Notes: a model not told the origin generated them from the letters alone. Numbered from the stretch's first letter, positions 38,141 through 47,670 are shown. The stretch is 64,000 nucleotides of DNA from Anaeromyxobacter sp. (GCA_035627135.1 DASPMI010000193.1:1708-65707), one strand, 5' to 3'. Made by a program: numbers and translations.

Positions 38141-39336
38141 GCGCCCCTGGTGCGCCCCGCCGGGCCGGACGCGCCTCCGCCAGCGCCTTCGCCCGCGATC
38201 GCGGCGCGGTAGACGTCCATCAGCGCATCCCCCTGCGCGCGGAGCGAGTGGCGCGCGCGGACGTGGTGGAGGCCACGACGGGACACCGCGGCGATCTCCT
38301 CCGGCGAGGCGGTCCGCAGGCGCCGGATCGCCGCCGCGATCCCGTCCACGTCCCGCTCCTCGGCGAGGAGGAAGTGGTTCTCGGCCGGGATGCCCTCCGG
38401 GATCCCGGCGTGCCGCGTGCTCACGCACGGCAACCCGAGCGCCTGGGCCTCGAGGAGGACCATCGGCAACCCTTCGCGATCCCCGTTCTCGGCGGTGCGG
38501 CTGCACAGCAGGAACGCGTCGCTCGCCTCCATCTGCGCCCGGGCGGCGGAGTGCTCCAGCGCCCCCGTGAGGCGGACGCGGCCGTCGAGCCCGAGCTCGG
38601 CGATGCGCGCCCGGACCAGCGGCTCCAGCGGCCCGTCGCCCACGATGTCCAGCTCGACCGGGTGACCTTCCGCGGCCAGCCGCGCGAGCGCCGCCAGCGC
38701 GTCGAGGTGCCCCTTCTTGTCGACGATCCGGCCCACCGTCACGAAGCGGACGGGAGGGCGGTCGCGCTCCCGGAACGGATACGCCGACAGGTCCTTGCCG
38801 TTCGGGATCACGGAGATCCGTGCGCCGTCCAGGCCGGCGTCCTCGAGGCCGCGCCGGAGCGCCGCCGCCACGACGATCACGCGGTTGCGACCGCGGGTGA
38901 GCGCCGGGAACCACCGGCGCCGCCGCGCGTCCTGCAGCTGCTCGGAGGCGTCGTATCCGTGGAACGTCGTGACGAGCGGGATCCCGAGCTGCCGGGCGAC
39001 GGGTGCGGCCACGACGCCGACGTCGCCGTACTGCGCGTGGATCACGTCGGGCCGGAAGGATCGCGCGACCGCCGCCAGCTCGCGACGGACGCCGACCCAC
39101 GTCGTGATCAACGTGGGGTCGGGCGAGAACCACGAACCGACCCAGTCCCGCAGCTTCCCGACGGGGCCACCGCGCGGGGACACCAGCGCGAAGGGCTCGA
39201 ACGGGCGCGCGGCTGCGTTCAGCCGGCGCCGCGCAGCGACCATGACCTCGGCGCGGGTGCTGGTCTCCTGGACGACGTCGTAGATGAACGTCTCCGTCAG
39301 GCGCGAGAACTCCCAGGCGAAGTGGAGGACTCGCAT
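38077..39336 (-). CDS. GT4 glycosyltransferase (WcaL-like)
   Basis: ETFI, TTFHGYD, GRIVDKKG, EGLPMVLLEA. Confidence 0.92.
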   Translation of the reverse strand: MRVLHFAWEFSRLTETFIYDVVQETSTRAEVMVAARRRLNAAARPFEPFALVSPRGGPVGKLRDWVGSWFSPDPTLITTWVGVRRELAAVARSFRPDVIHAQYGDVGVVAAPVARQLGIPLVTTFHGYDASEQLQDARRRRWFPALTRGRNRVIVVAAALRRGLEDAGLDGARISVIPNGKDLSAYPFRERDRPPVRFVTVGRIVDKKGHLDALAALARLAAEGHPVELDIVGDGPLEPLVRARIAELGLDGRVRLTGALEHSAARAQMEASDAFLLCSRTAENGDREGLPMVLLEAQALGLPCVSTRHAGIPEGIPAENHFLLAEERDVDGIAAAIRRLRTASPEEIAAVSRRGLHHVRARHSLRAQGDALMDVYRAAIAGEGAGGGASGPAGRTRGAQPAEADGSAAPGPGFSTTRK

Positions 39337-39341
39337 CGGCG

Positions 39342-40415
39342 TCACTCTCGACGGGCCGGCGCCGGCCCCGCGTAGAACGCGCGCACTCGCTCCAGCTCCT
39401 CGGGACCGTAGAGCCGCTCGATGCGGCTGCGCGCCTCGGCTCCCACGCGCGCCCGGAGGGCGGGATCGTCGCGGAGGAGCCGGATCCGCTCCGCCGCCTG
39501 CGCGTCGTCGTCGAACACGAACCCGCTGCGGCCGTCCTCGACGAGCTCCTCCGCGTACCCGCCTGCCCGGTGGCACACGACCGGGAGCCCGGACGCCATC
39601 GCCTCGGCGACGACGCGGCCGTACGGCTCTGGCCACTCGTCGGCGGTCCGGTACACGAAGCAGTCGAGGCTCCGCAGGAAGTCCGCCGGGTCCTCGGCGC
39701 CGACGGCGAGGAGCTCGACGTTCGGCGCGCCGGCGAGCGAGCGGGCGAGGCACGTGGCGCCCATGAGCCGCACGCGGATCCCCTCGGCGCCGAGCGCGCG
39801 GAACAGGGCCGCGTCGCCGGGGCCGAACTTGATCGCCGAGTCGCGGGAGAGGCGACCCACCGTGAACTGCGCACCCGCGGGGCGGGTTGCGGGGCGGAAC
39901 CGCTCGAGGTCGATGGGCGAGAGGTGCACGACGCCGGTCATCCGCGTGGACCGCGCCACCTTGCGCGAGCAGAAGACCAGCTCCGTGGCGGGGAGCGGCC
40001 AGCCGTGGAGGCGCCGCAAGCGCTTCTGGAGTGTCGCGACGTTGAGCGTGTTGTGGATGAGGATCACGCGGCGCGGGAAGGACGCGCGGACCCACACGCC
40101 GATCGGCGACGTGCCCACGAAGACGATCGTGCCGCCGCGCGGGAAACGGCCCAGCGCAGGAACGATGCGGCGCACGCCGGCGTCGCGGTAACAGTCCGCG
40201 ACGCGCGTGGAGCTCCACACGTGCACCGTGGCCGAGCCGCGGAGCGTCGCGGCGAGCTGGAGCGTCCGCTCCTGCGATCCGCCCTTCACCTTGAAGAGCG
40301 TGACGAGGTGGATCGTGGGGAGCGGGGCCGGCGCGCCTTCGCGGGCGGCCTCGGCGGTCTCGCGGGAGCGCTCGACGCGGCGCCCCGCGTCGACCTGTGT
40401 GCGCCCGGAGTTCAT
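39342..40415 (-). CDS. GT4 glycosyltransferase
   Basis: GGSQ, EPYGRVVAEAMASGLPVV. Confidence 0.88.
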   Translation of the reverse strand: MNSGRTQVDAGRRVERSRETAEAAREGAPAPLPTIHLVTLFKVKGGSQERTLQLAATLRGSATVHVWSSTRVADCYRDAGVRRIVPALGRFPRGGTIVFVGTSPIGVWVRASFPRRVILIHNTLNVATLQKRLRRLHGWPLPATELVFCSRKVARSTRMTGVVHLSPIDLERFRPATRPAGAQFTVGRLSRDSAIKFGPGDAALFRALGAEGIRVRLMGATCLARSLAGAPNVELLAVGAEDPADFLRSLDCFVYRTADEWPEPYGRVVAEAMASGLPVVCHRAGGYAEELVEDGRSGFVFDDDAQAAERIRLLRDDPALRARVGAEARSRIERLYGPEELERVRAFYAGPAPARRE

Positions 40416-40471
40416 CGCAGGGCCCGGAACTTACTCCACGGGCTCCGGCGCAGCAAGGCGGGTGGTCGGCC

Positions 40472-42178
40472 TCAAGGGGCGAGCGTCCGCCGGAACAGCT
40501 CGATGAGCGCCGTGTTGGCGTTCGCCGGGTCGGGCGGCGTCGGGTAGTCGCCCCAGAAAATCCCGAACGCGCTCTCGTGGTACGAGTGGTACGTCCACGC
40601 GATGTCGCGGGTCGCGAGGAGGTCGAGCATGTCGCCGACCCACGCCGTCCCGCCACGCTCGAAGGCGGCGCGGATCGCGCCGAACTCGCCGAGGTAGAGC
40701 GGCACGCCGTGCGCCTCGCCCCAGGCCGCGAACCGGTCGAGCTCGGCAGCGAGGAGCGCCTTCTCGCGCCCCAGGAGCGGCGCGGAGCTCGTCAGGAAGT
40801 CGAGCCGGCCGAGCGAGGTCGAGCCGGCGCGGCTCCCCTCCGCGCGCGCCCAGTACTTGAGCTCGTAGGTGTTCCCCGTCACGACGGGGAAGAAGTACAT
40901 GTCGGCGGAGAGCGACGCGTCCGTGGTCGTCCCGGCGATCCCGACGGAGCGCGTGCCCGCGTGGCCGTCGCGCCCGGCGACGCGCGCGCCGGGGGCGCCC
41001 GGCGTCGCCACCCAGAGGCTCCACGCGGAGGGGTCCTCGACGTCGACCTTGAAGACCTGCCGCACGAGCCGGCCCTCCGGGTCGTACTCGTTCACCTCGA
41101 AGTCGTCGAAGTACACGGTCCCCGCGTTCCGCTGCGACATGAAGACCGGCCGCCCGACGTTCCAGGTCGAGTCCGTGACCGTGAAACGGACGGAGTACGC
41201 GGTCCATGGCGAGGTGCCGTCGGGGACGCGGAGCCGTCCGGCCTCTGGCGTGCCGTCCCAGCTCCAGTGCTTCCACGCGAGCGTGCTCCAGGAGACGCTG
41301 ACGGCCGACGGATCCGGGTACGTCGTCGGGACCTGGCAGCAGGTCACCCACGACGCGAGCTGGTGCGTGAACTCCATCGGCGTGTAGACGTGGAACTCGT
41401 AGAGGACGTTCGGGTCGTCCACCACGAAGAAGTTCAGATCGGCGTCGTTCGACCAGTCCGCCGCGCCGCTCCCGTCGGCGCGCCGCCCGTTGAGCCGCTC
41501 GACGGTCACGATGTGCCACGGGTCCACCAGGCGGATGGCCCGGACGATCCGGTTCGCGAGCCGCTCCCACTGCTCCTTCTCCCCGGCGACCACCGGCTCG
41601 TTCACGAGGTCGTATCCGGCGATCGTCGGCTCGCCGCGGTAGCGGCGCGCGATCGCCTTCCAGAGCGCCGTGAGGCGATCCTGGTTCCGCACGTCCGTCC
41701 AGAGCGCCGTGCCGCGGGAGAGCGACTGGAACCCGCCCTGGGGCACGTGCATGTTGAGCATGAGCCGCACGCCGTGCGCCTTCGCCCAGGCGACGTTCTG
41801 GTCGATCCACTGGAACCCGGACTCCTTGTACCGGCCCGGCGCGGAGTCGTCCTCGAAGGTCCGGTAGTTCAGGTAGAAGCGGACGAGGTTCATCCCCATG
41901 TCCGCGACGCGCTGGTAGTCGATCTCGCCGTGGTGCGCCGTCGGGAGCGGGACGTTGGACCAGACGGCGTTTCCGAACGCGACCCCGCGGAGCGCGACCG
42001 GGTTGCCGCCGTCGTCCACGATCCGCCGGCCCGAGACCCGGAGGATCCCGGCGGGGCGCGGCCCCGGATCCTCGACCGTCCCGTCGTCGGGGCCGACCCC
42101 CTGCCCGCCCGTGGCGCACGAGAGGAGGGTGGCCAGGGCAACGACGGCGACGCGGGAGGAGCTCGGCGAGGGGCGCAT
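40472..42178 (-). CDS. GH5 glycoside hydrolase lipoprotein with inserted CBM-like domain
   Basis: Lipobox LLSC, YDLVNEP acid/base, YLGEFG nucleophile, EFHVY. Confidence 0.9.
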   Translation of the reverse strand: MRPSPSSSRVAVVALATLLSCATGGQGVGPDDGTVEDPGPRPAGILRVSGRRIVDDGGNPVALRGVAFGNAVWSNVPLPTAHHGEIDYQRVADMGMNLVRFYLNYRTFEDDSAPGRYKESGFQWIDQNVAWAKAHGVRLMLNMHVPQGGFQSLSRGTALWTDVRNQDRLTALWKAIARRYRGEPTIAGYDLVNEPVVAGEKEQWERLANRIVRAIRLVDPWHIVTVERLNGRRADGSGAADWSNDADLNFFVVDDPNVLYEFHVYTPMEFTHQLASWVTCCQVPTTYPDPSAVSVSWSTLAWKHWSWDGTPEAGRLRVPDGTSPWTAYSVRFTVTDSTWNVGRPVFMSQRNAGTVYFDDFEVNEYDPEGRLVRQVFKVDVEDPSAWSLWVATPGAPGARVAGRDGHAGTRSVGIAGTTTDASLSADMYFFPVVTGNTYELKYWARAEGSRAGSTSLGRLDFLTSSAPLLGREKALLAAELDRFAAWGEAHGVPLYLGEFGAIRAAFERGGTAWVGDMLDLLATRDIAWTYHSYHESAFGIFWGDYPTPPDPANANTALIELFRRTLAP

Positions 42179-42277
42179 CCCGCCATCGTAGCCGGGCGGG
42201 CCTGTGGGTAGGGGTGAGCCTGTTCCTCGGCCGAACGACCGCCGCCTGGACCGCGCCCGTCGACGGACGCCCGTCGA

Positions 42278-43915
42278 TCAGCGCGCAGGCCGCTCCGACG
42301 GCTCGATCCGCGCGCCCGGCATGCGCGGGTCGGGCCTGCGCGCCGCCTTCGCGAACCGCGCCGCGGCGGGGCGGGCGATCTCGAACCGGGTCTCGCGGTC
42401 GAGCACGACGATCTTGCCGATCTCCTCGCGCGTCACCTCCCCGCGCCGGCAGAGGAGCGGGAGGATCCAGCGCGGGTCGGCCTTCTTCTCGCGCCCGAGC
42501 GTGAGCCGGAACCAGACGCCGTCGGCGCGCTGGTGGGCCTTGAGCTTCCGCGGCGTGCGGGCCTCGCGGACGGGCACCTCGCGCGCGGCGCGCGCGGTCT
42601 CCGGCAGCTCCTCGGGCGCGGGGCGGAGCGCCCGCTCCCGCCGGACGAGGGCCGCGGCGACGAGCAGCGGCGCGCGCGCGTCGAGGAGGCGCCGCGCCAC
42701 GGCCAGCTCCTCCTCCGTCGCCTCGCCCGCGAGCCGCGCCACCTCCTCGCCCAGCCGCTCGTCGTCCACGGCGCGGATCTCCTCCGCGCTCGGGAGCGGC
42801 GCCCACTCCGCCTGGATCCGCGCGGCGCGCAGGAGCCGCTCCAGCCGGAACCGCTCCGCCGGCGCGGCGAGCAGCACCGCGAGCCCCTTGTTGCCGGCGC
42901 GCCCGGTGCGCCCGCTCCGGTGCTGGAGCGCCTCGGGATCGCGCGGCAGGTCGGCGTGGAGGACGAGCTCGATGCCCGGGAGGTCGAGCCCGCGCGCGGC
43001 GACGTCGGTCGCGACCAGCACGCGGGCGCGGCCGTCGCGGAGCGCCTTGAGCGCCCGCAGCCGCTCCGCCTGGCCGAGCTCGCCCGAGATCGCGACCGCC
43101 TCGAAGCCGCGCTCGGCGAGGCTCGCGCCGGTGTGGTGCGCCGCCTCGCGCGTCGCCCGGAACACGAGGGCGCTCCGCGGCTCGAGCCGCCGGAGCACGT
43201 TCACGACCGCGTGCTCGCGCTCGCGCTCCGCGACCACGTGTGCACGGAACGTGATGTCGCCGTGCGCCTCCTCGGGCGGCGTCGCGGCCACGCGGGCCGG
43301 CTCGCGCGTGTAGCGGCGGGCGAGCTCGAGGATGGGCCGGGGGAGGGTGGCCGAGAAGAGGACCGTGCGGCGCTCCTCGGGCGCCGCCGCGAGGATCGCC
43401 TCGAGCTCCTCGCGGAAACCCATGTCGAGCATCTCGTCGGCCTCGTCCAGCACCACGGCGGCGGCGGCCGAGAGATCGAGGTTCCGGCGGTCGAGGTGAT
43501 CGCGCAGCCGGCCCGGCGTTCCGACGACGACGTGCGCCCCGCCGGCGAGCTGCCGCGCCTCGCGCCGCGGATCCATGCCGCCCACGCAGGCGGCGACGCG
43601 GCCCCCGGCGTCGGCGAGGAGCCACGACAGCTCGCGGTGGACCTGGAGCGCCAGCTCGCGCGTGGGCGCGACGACGAGGCCGAGCGGCGGACCGGCCGCC
43701 GGAAACCCGGCCGCGTCGCCCAGGAGCGCCTCGGCGAGCACGAGCCCGAAGGCGACCGTCTTGCCCGAGCCGGTCCGGGAGGAGACGAGGAGATCCCGCC
43801 CGCGGACCTCGGGCGCGAGCACCGCCGCCTGGACCGGGGTGGGGGTGCCGTAGCCGCGCGCCGCGAGGGCGCTCTGGAGCGCCGGGTGGGCGCCGATCGT
43901 GGAGAAGTCGCTCAC
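42278..43915 (-). CDS. DEAD-box RNA helicase with DbpA-type RNA-binding domain
   Basis: TGSGKT, PTRELA, DEAD, SAT, HRSGRTGRAG. Confidence 0.95.
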   Translation of the reverse strand: MSDFSTIGAHPALQSALAARGYGTPTPVQAAVLAPEVRGRDLLVSSRTGSGKTVAFGLVLAEALLGDAAGFPAAGPPLGLVVAPTRELALQVHRELSWLLADAGGRVAACVGGMDPRREARQLAGGAHVVVGTPGRLRDHLDRRNLDLSAAAAVVLDEADEMLDMGFREELEAILAAAPEERRTVLFSATLPRPILELARRYTREPARVAATPPEEAHGDITFRAHVVAEREREHAVVNVLRRLEPRSALVFRATREAAHHTGASLAERGFEAVAISGELGQAERLRALKALRDGRARVLVATDVAARGLDLPGIELVLHADLPRDPEALQHRSGRTGRAGNKGLAVLLAAPAERFRLERLLRAARIQAEWAPLPSAEEIRAVDDERLGEEVARLAGEATEEELAVARRLLDARAPLLVAAALVRRERALRPAPEELPETARAAREVPVREARTPRKLKAHQRADGVWFRLTLGREKKADPRWILPLLCRRGEVTREEIGKIVVLDRETRFEIARPAAARFAKAARRPDPRMPGARIEPSERPAR

Positions 43916-43964
43916 CGGCGCAATCTACCGGAGAGCCCTCGGCCGCGGCTGTCGGACCCTCCTG

Positions 43965-43981
43965 CTATACGTCCGTTCAGG
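43965..43981 (+). promoter_or_regulatory. Myxobacterial-type LexA (SOS) box overlapping a -10 element
   Basis: CTATACGTCCGTTCAGG fits the M. xanthus consensus CTRHAMRYBYGTTCAGS (recalled) at all 17 positions. Confidence 0.75.
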
Positions 43982-43999
43982 TTCGACGGAGGTCTCACG

Positions 44000-44236
44000 A
44001 TGAACGCCATGGCACGTGCCTATGACAGCGACCCCGCCCTCGCGAAGCTCCACGAGCTGACCGAGCGGATCCGCCGCCGGGCGGCCGAGGCGCGGGAGCG
44101 GGCGATGGCCCGCGAGCGGCGGCTCTCGACCGCCCGCCCGCGGGAGCTCCAGCTCACGCTCCCCCTTCCGCGACCGGCCGGAGCTGGCGGCCGGAGCGGG
44201 CCCCGCAGCGGGCCCCGGCTGCTGCGTGCGGGATGA
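44000..44236 (+). CDS. 78-aa hypothetical protein with QLTLPL motif
   Basis: SD GGAGG at 43988-43992, ATG 44000, fills the gap between helicase and DUF72 genes. Confidence 0.75.
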   Translation: MNAMARAYDSDPALAKLHELTERIRRRAAEARERAMARERRLSTARPRELQLTLPLPRPAGAGGRSGPRSGPRLLRAG

Positions 44237-44274
44237 CCCTTCCAGGGAGTCCCTCCGAGCGGTGAGCGGCAGGG

Positions 44275-45021
44275 TCACGGCGCCGGCGCCGCGAGCGAGG
44301 GTCGCTCCTCTCCGAGCGCCGCGAGCAGGTCGATCGCGTCGTGGACCGCCGCGCCGCCGAGATCGTTGTTGAAGTAGACGAAGGCGTCGCGTCCGGGCCG
44401 CGCCCAGTCGAGGAGCTCCTCGGCGATCGCGCGGAGGTACGCGGGCCCGTACCGGCCGTGGTAGTGGCCGGTCGTGCCGTGGAAGCGGACGTACCGGAAG
44501 GCTCCCGTGAGCCGCGGCGGTCGCCGCTCGACCCGATCGTGCTCGCAGAACGCGGCGCCGTGCCGATCGAGCACTGCGCAGGTCTCCTCTGCGTACCAGG
44601 CCGGATCGCGGAACTCGACGGCGTGCCGGACGGGCGGAAGGCGCGAGAGGAAGTGGTCGAGCCGCTCGAGGTCGGGGGCGAACTGGGGCGGGAGCTGCCA
44701 GAGGACGGGGCCCAGGGTCGGGCCGAGGTGCCGGACCGGCCCGAAGAACCGTTCGAGCCCCTCGCCCGCGTCGCGCAGTCGCTTCAGGTGCGTCAGGTAG
44801 CGGGAACCCTTCACCGCGAACACGAAGCCGCGGGGCACCCCCGCGCGCCAGCGCTCCGCCGCGTCGGCGGTCGGCAGCCTGTAGAACGTCGCGTTGAGCT
44901 CGACCGTGTCGAAGAACTGCGTGTACCGCGCGAGCCATGCACGGACGGGGACCCCGGGCGGGTACAGAACGCCGCGCCAGTGCCGGTACTGATACCCGCT
45001 CGTCCCCACGCGGATGGCCAT
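44275..45021 (-). CDS. DUF72 family protein
   Basis: VGTSGY, TVELNATFYR, FAVKG, LWQLPP, YVRFHG, VYFNND. Confidence 0.94.
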   Translation of the reverse strand: MAIRVGTSGYQYRHWRGVLYPPGVPVRAWLARYTQFFDTVELNATFYRLPTADAAERWRAGVPRGFVFAVKGSRYLTHLKRLRDAGEGLERFFGPVRHLGPTLGPVLWQLPPQFAPDLERLDHFLSRLPPVRHAVEFRDPAWYAEETCAVLDRHGAAFCEHDRVERRPPRLTGAFRYVRFHGTTGHYHGRYGPAYLRAIAEELLDWARPGRDAFVYFNNDLGGAAVHDAIDLLAALGEERPSLAAPAP

Positions 45022-45036
45022 CCCACGGGGAACCTC

Positions 45037-45759
45037 CTATCGCGCGCCGCGGCCCGCAACTCGGCCCGCGCTCGCGGCGGAGATCCACCGCCCGGCGAGG
45101 CGCGCCATGGCGTGCTCGCGCCGGACGAGCGGGGCGTACCCGGAGCAACGCGCCCCGGGAGGTCCCTCGGGGCAGGTCCGGCACGCGGCACGGTCGGGAC
45201 CGCGGCGCCGGTAGCGCGCGGTGCCCCAGGCCGTCGCGCCGGCTGCGAGGGCAGCCGCGCCGATCCCGGCCGCCGTGGGCGCGACGAGCGCCTGGGCCAG
45301 GGCGCCCCCGGCGACCGCGAGGGGAAGGAAGCGGGTGAGGAGCTTCGGCGTCCGGCGGGCACCGGCCGCCGCGTCGAGCTCGGCCGGCGCGTCCGGGGTC
45401 GCGAGAGGCGGGATCGCGAGCGGGACGGCGGCCGCGAGGAGCGCGGCCGCGGCGAGCCAGGCGACGCCGGGAGCGGCGGGCGAGGCGAGCCCCGCGGCGA
45501 GCCCGGTGACCGCGCCGAGAACGGTGAGCGCGCACCCCCGGCAGACGCGCGTCCGCCGCCCGAGCCGGACGACCTCCGGGCCGTACCGCGCGCAGAGCGG
45601 GTGGTGCGCCCAGCGATGGAACGCGTGCGCGCGCCGGGCGAGGCGATCGATCCGGCGCGCGAGGGGGCGTGGGATCCGGCTCAAGTCGTGCGGACGATGG
45701 CAGGGTGGGGTCCCGCGCGAACGCGCGGGCGAGGGCCGCAGCCCTCGAGAATCGATCAC
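45037..45759 (-). CDS. Cys/His-rich membrane protein of unknown function
   Basis: GTG start overlaps YbjQ stop; HHPLC..CRGC, TM helices, CRTCP..C. Confidence 0.65.
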   Translation of the reverse strand: MIDSRGLRPSPARSRGTPPCHRPHDLSRIPRPLARRIDRLARRAHAFHRWAHHPLCARYGPEVVRLGRRTRVCRGCALTVLGAVTGLAAGLASPAAPGVAWLAAAALLAAAVPLAIPPLATPDAPAELDAAAGARRTPKLLTRFLPLAVAGGALAQALVAPTAAGIGAAALAAGATAWGTARYRRRGPDRAACRTCPEGPPGARCSGYAPLVRREHAMARLAGRWISAASAGRVAGRGAR

Positions 45760-46103
45760 GCCGGCCGGATCAGGGCAGCCGTGCCGTAGGCGACGATCTC
45801 GTTCGTGTTCTGCATCAGCTCCGAGCTGTCGAACCGCATCCCGAGGATGCAGTTGCCGCCCATCTCCCGCGCGGTCGTCTCGAGCCGGTTCATGGCCTCG
45901 TTGCGCGTGGACATGGCGAGCTCGGTGAACATGGTGATCTCGCCGCCGAAGATCGTCTGGCAGCCGGCGCAGGTCGTGCCGACGATGCTGCGGCTCCGGA
46001 CCGTGATGCCCCAGCACGGGCCGATGATCCGCTCGATCACGTAGCCGGGCGGCGGGTCGAAGGTGGTCAGGATGGGGATCGCGTGGTGCTGGACCTGGGA
46101 CAT
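45756..46103 (-). CDS. YbjQ/UPF0145 family protein
   Basis: RSRS..GGEI, GMRFDSSE, AYGTA. Confidence 0.92.
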   Translation of the reverse strand: MSQVQHHAIPILTTFDPPPGYVIERIIGPCWGITVRSRSIVGTTCAGCQTIFGGEITMFTELAMSTRNEAMNRLETTAREMGGNCILGMRFDSSELMQNTNEIVAYGTAALIRPA

Positions 46104-46120
46104 GGAGGCTCCGGGAGGAA

Positions 46121-46205
46121 GGGCTACAGGCTACAGGCTCCAGGCTTCAGGGGGCGCGCCTCTCAGGGGGCCACCGCGCCCGGGTGAAGCCCGAAGCCCG
46201 AAGCC
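46121..46205. repeat. Family A REP-like element
   Basis: gggctacaggctacaggctccaggcttcagg ... tgaagcccgaagcccgaagcc. Confidence 0.85.
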
Positions 46206-46211
46206 TTGGTC

Positions 46212-47561
46212 TCACGTCTCCCGCCGGGGCGGCGGAGGCGGCGGAGGGGGCCGGGGCGGCGGTGCGTCGGGGACGGGCACGAGGCCCCGCAGGTCGCCCG
46301 CCGGCGCGTGGGTGGGCGCGATCTCCACCCGGAGCTCGTCCACGACGCCGTTCTCGAGCGAGAGCGCGCCGCGCCCGAGGAGATCCGACAGCGCGAACCG
46401 GACCGTGCCGAGATCGAACGGCGGGTCGTTCGAGCCCTCGCGCTCGGGCAGCCGGAAGACGCGGGCGGAGACCGGGCGGTCGTCGTAGGCGTTCGCGGCG
46501 ACCACGAACCGGGCGTCGAGCCGCACGAACCTGCCCGCGCGCTGCGGAAGCGTCTGCACGGAGCGGCCGTCCGGCAGGCGGACGGTCACCACGATCGGGC
46601 CCTGCGGGCCGCCGGGGCGGACCTTCACCGCCCGGAGCTCGACGGAGTAGTTGCGGAGCTGGACGCGCTCCAGCGCGTCGCGGGCGTAGCCGGTCTCGAC
46701 CGGGCTCTGCACCGCCTCGCGGTAGACGCGCTCCGCGCGGGCGAAGTCACGGCGGCCGATCGCCTCCTCGCCCTCGGCGAGGAGGCCGGCATAGCGGGCG
46801 AGCGGCGCGGCCCGCCACTGCGGGCGGATGGCGAGGGCGGCGTCGTACCGCGCCTTCGCCTCCGCGAAGCGCCGCGCCGCGAGGAGCCCGTCGCCCTCGC
46901 GCGTGATGCGCTCGGCCTCGGCGTCCTTCCAGAGCTCGTACTCCGCCTGCGCCGCCTGGAGCCGCGGGGTCAGGTTCGGGTCGAGGCGGACGGCGCGGGT
47001 GAGGAGGTCGATCGCCTGCGGGAACTGCCGCGCCGCCCGGAACCGCTCGGCGTCGGCGGCGGCCGCGCGTGTCACCACCGGGATGAACCGGCGCGCCTGG
47101 GCCTCGACGCCCGGGTCGTCGGTGACGCCGCGCGCCGACTCGACGAGCTCCATCGCGTGCGGGAGCTGCCCGCGATCGAGCTCCTCGCTCGCGCGGCGGA
47201 GCCGGAGGGAGCCCACCTCGCGCGCCGCGTCGCGCTTCACCGCGGCCATGCTCGCGTCGCCGGGGTCGAGCCCGAGCACGTAGCTCGCCTCGGCGTACGC
47301 GCACTCCCAGTCCTGCCCGACCATGCAGGCCTGGGCCGCCCGCTGCGCGCCGTCGATGGCGCGGGCGCGTGCGTCCTGCCACTTGGCCTGGACCGCCGCC
47401 TTGTCCTTCGGGTTTCGGCGGAGGGCCTCGGCGTACTCGCGCTCGGCGACCTTCCAGTTGCCGGTCAGGGCCGCCTTGTCGCCGACCTTCTCGTGGGCGA
47501 CGCAGCCCGGCATGACGATGACGAGGGAGAGGAGGGCGAGGGCGAGGGGCGATCGGCGCAC
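46212..47561 (-). CDS. TPR-like lipoprotein with C-terminal beta-sandwich domain
   Basis: SD GGAGG plus GTG 47561, lipobox MPGC, helical repeats, Pro-rich tail. Confidence 0.78.
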   Translation of the reverse strand: MRRSPLALALLSLVIVMPGCVAHEKVGDKAALTGNWKVAEREYAEALRRNPKDKAAVQAKWQDARARAIDGAQRAAQACMVGQDWECAYAEASYVLGLDPGDASMAAVKRDAAREVGSLRLRRASEELDRGQLPHAMELVESARGVTDDPGVEAQARRFIPVVTRAAAADAERFRAARQFPQAIDLLTRAVRLDPNLTPRLQAAQAEYELWKDAEAERITREGDGLLAARRFAEAKARYDAALAIRPQWRAAPLARYAGLLAEGEEAIGRRDFARAERVYREAVQSPVETGYARDALERVQLRNYSVELRAVKVRPGGPQGPIVVTVRLPDGRSVQTLPQRAGRFVRLDARFVVAANAYDDRPVSARVFRLPEREGSNDPPFDLGTVRFALSDLLGRGALSLENGVVDELRVEIAPTHAPAGDLRGLVPVPDAPPPRPPPPPPPPRRET

Positions 47562-47670
47562 GGGGTGACCTCCGAGAACGGGGACGCGGCGGCGCTGCGC
47601 GGAATTCACGGTACGGGAAGGGGAGGCGGAGGAGCAACCTGGGGGTGTGGGGGGAGGTGGGGTGGGAGGA

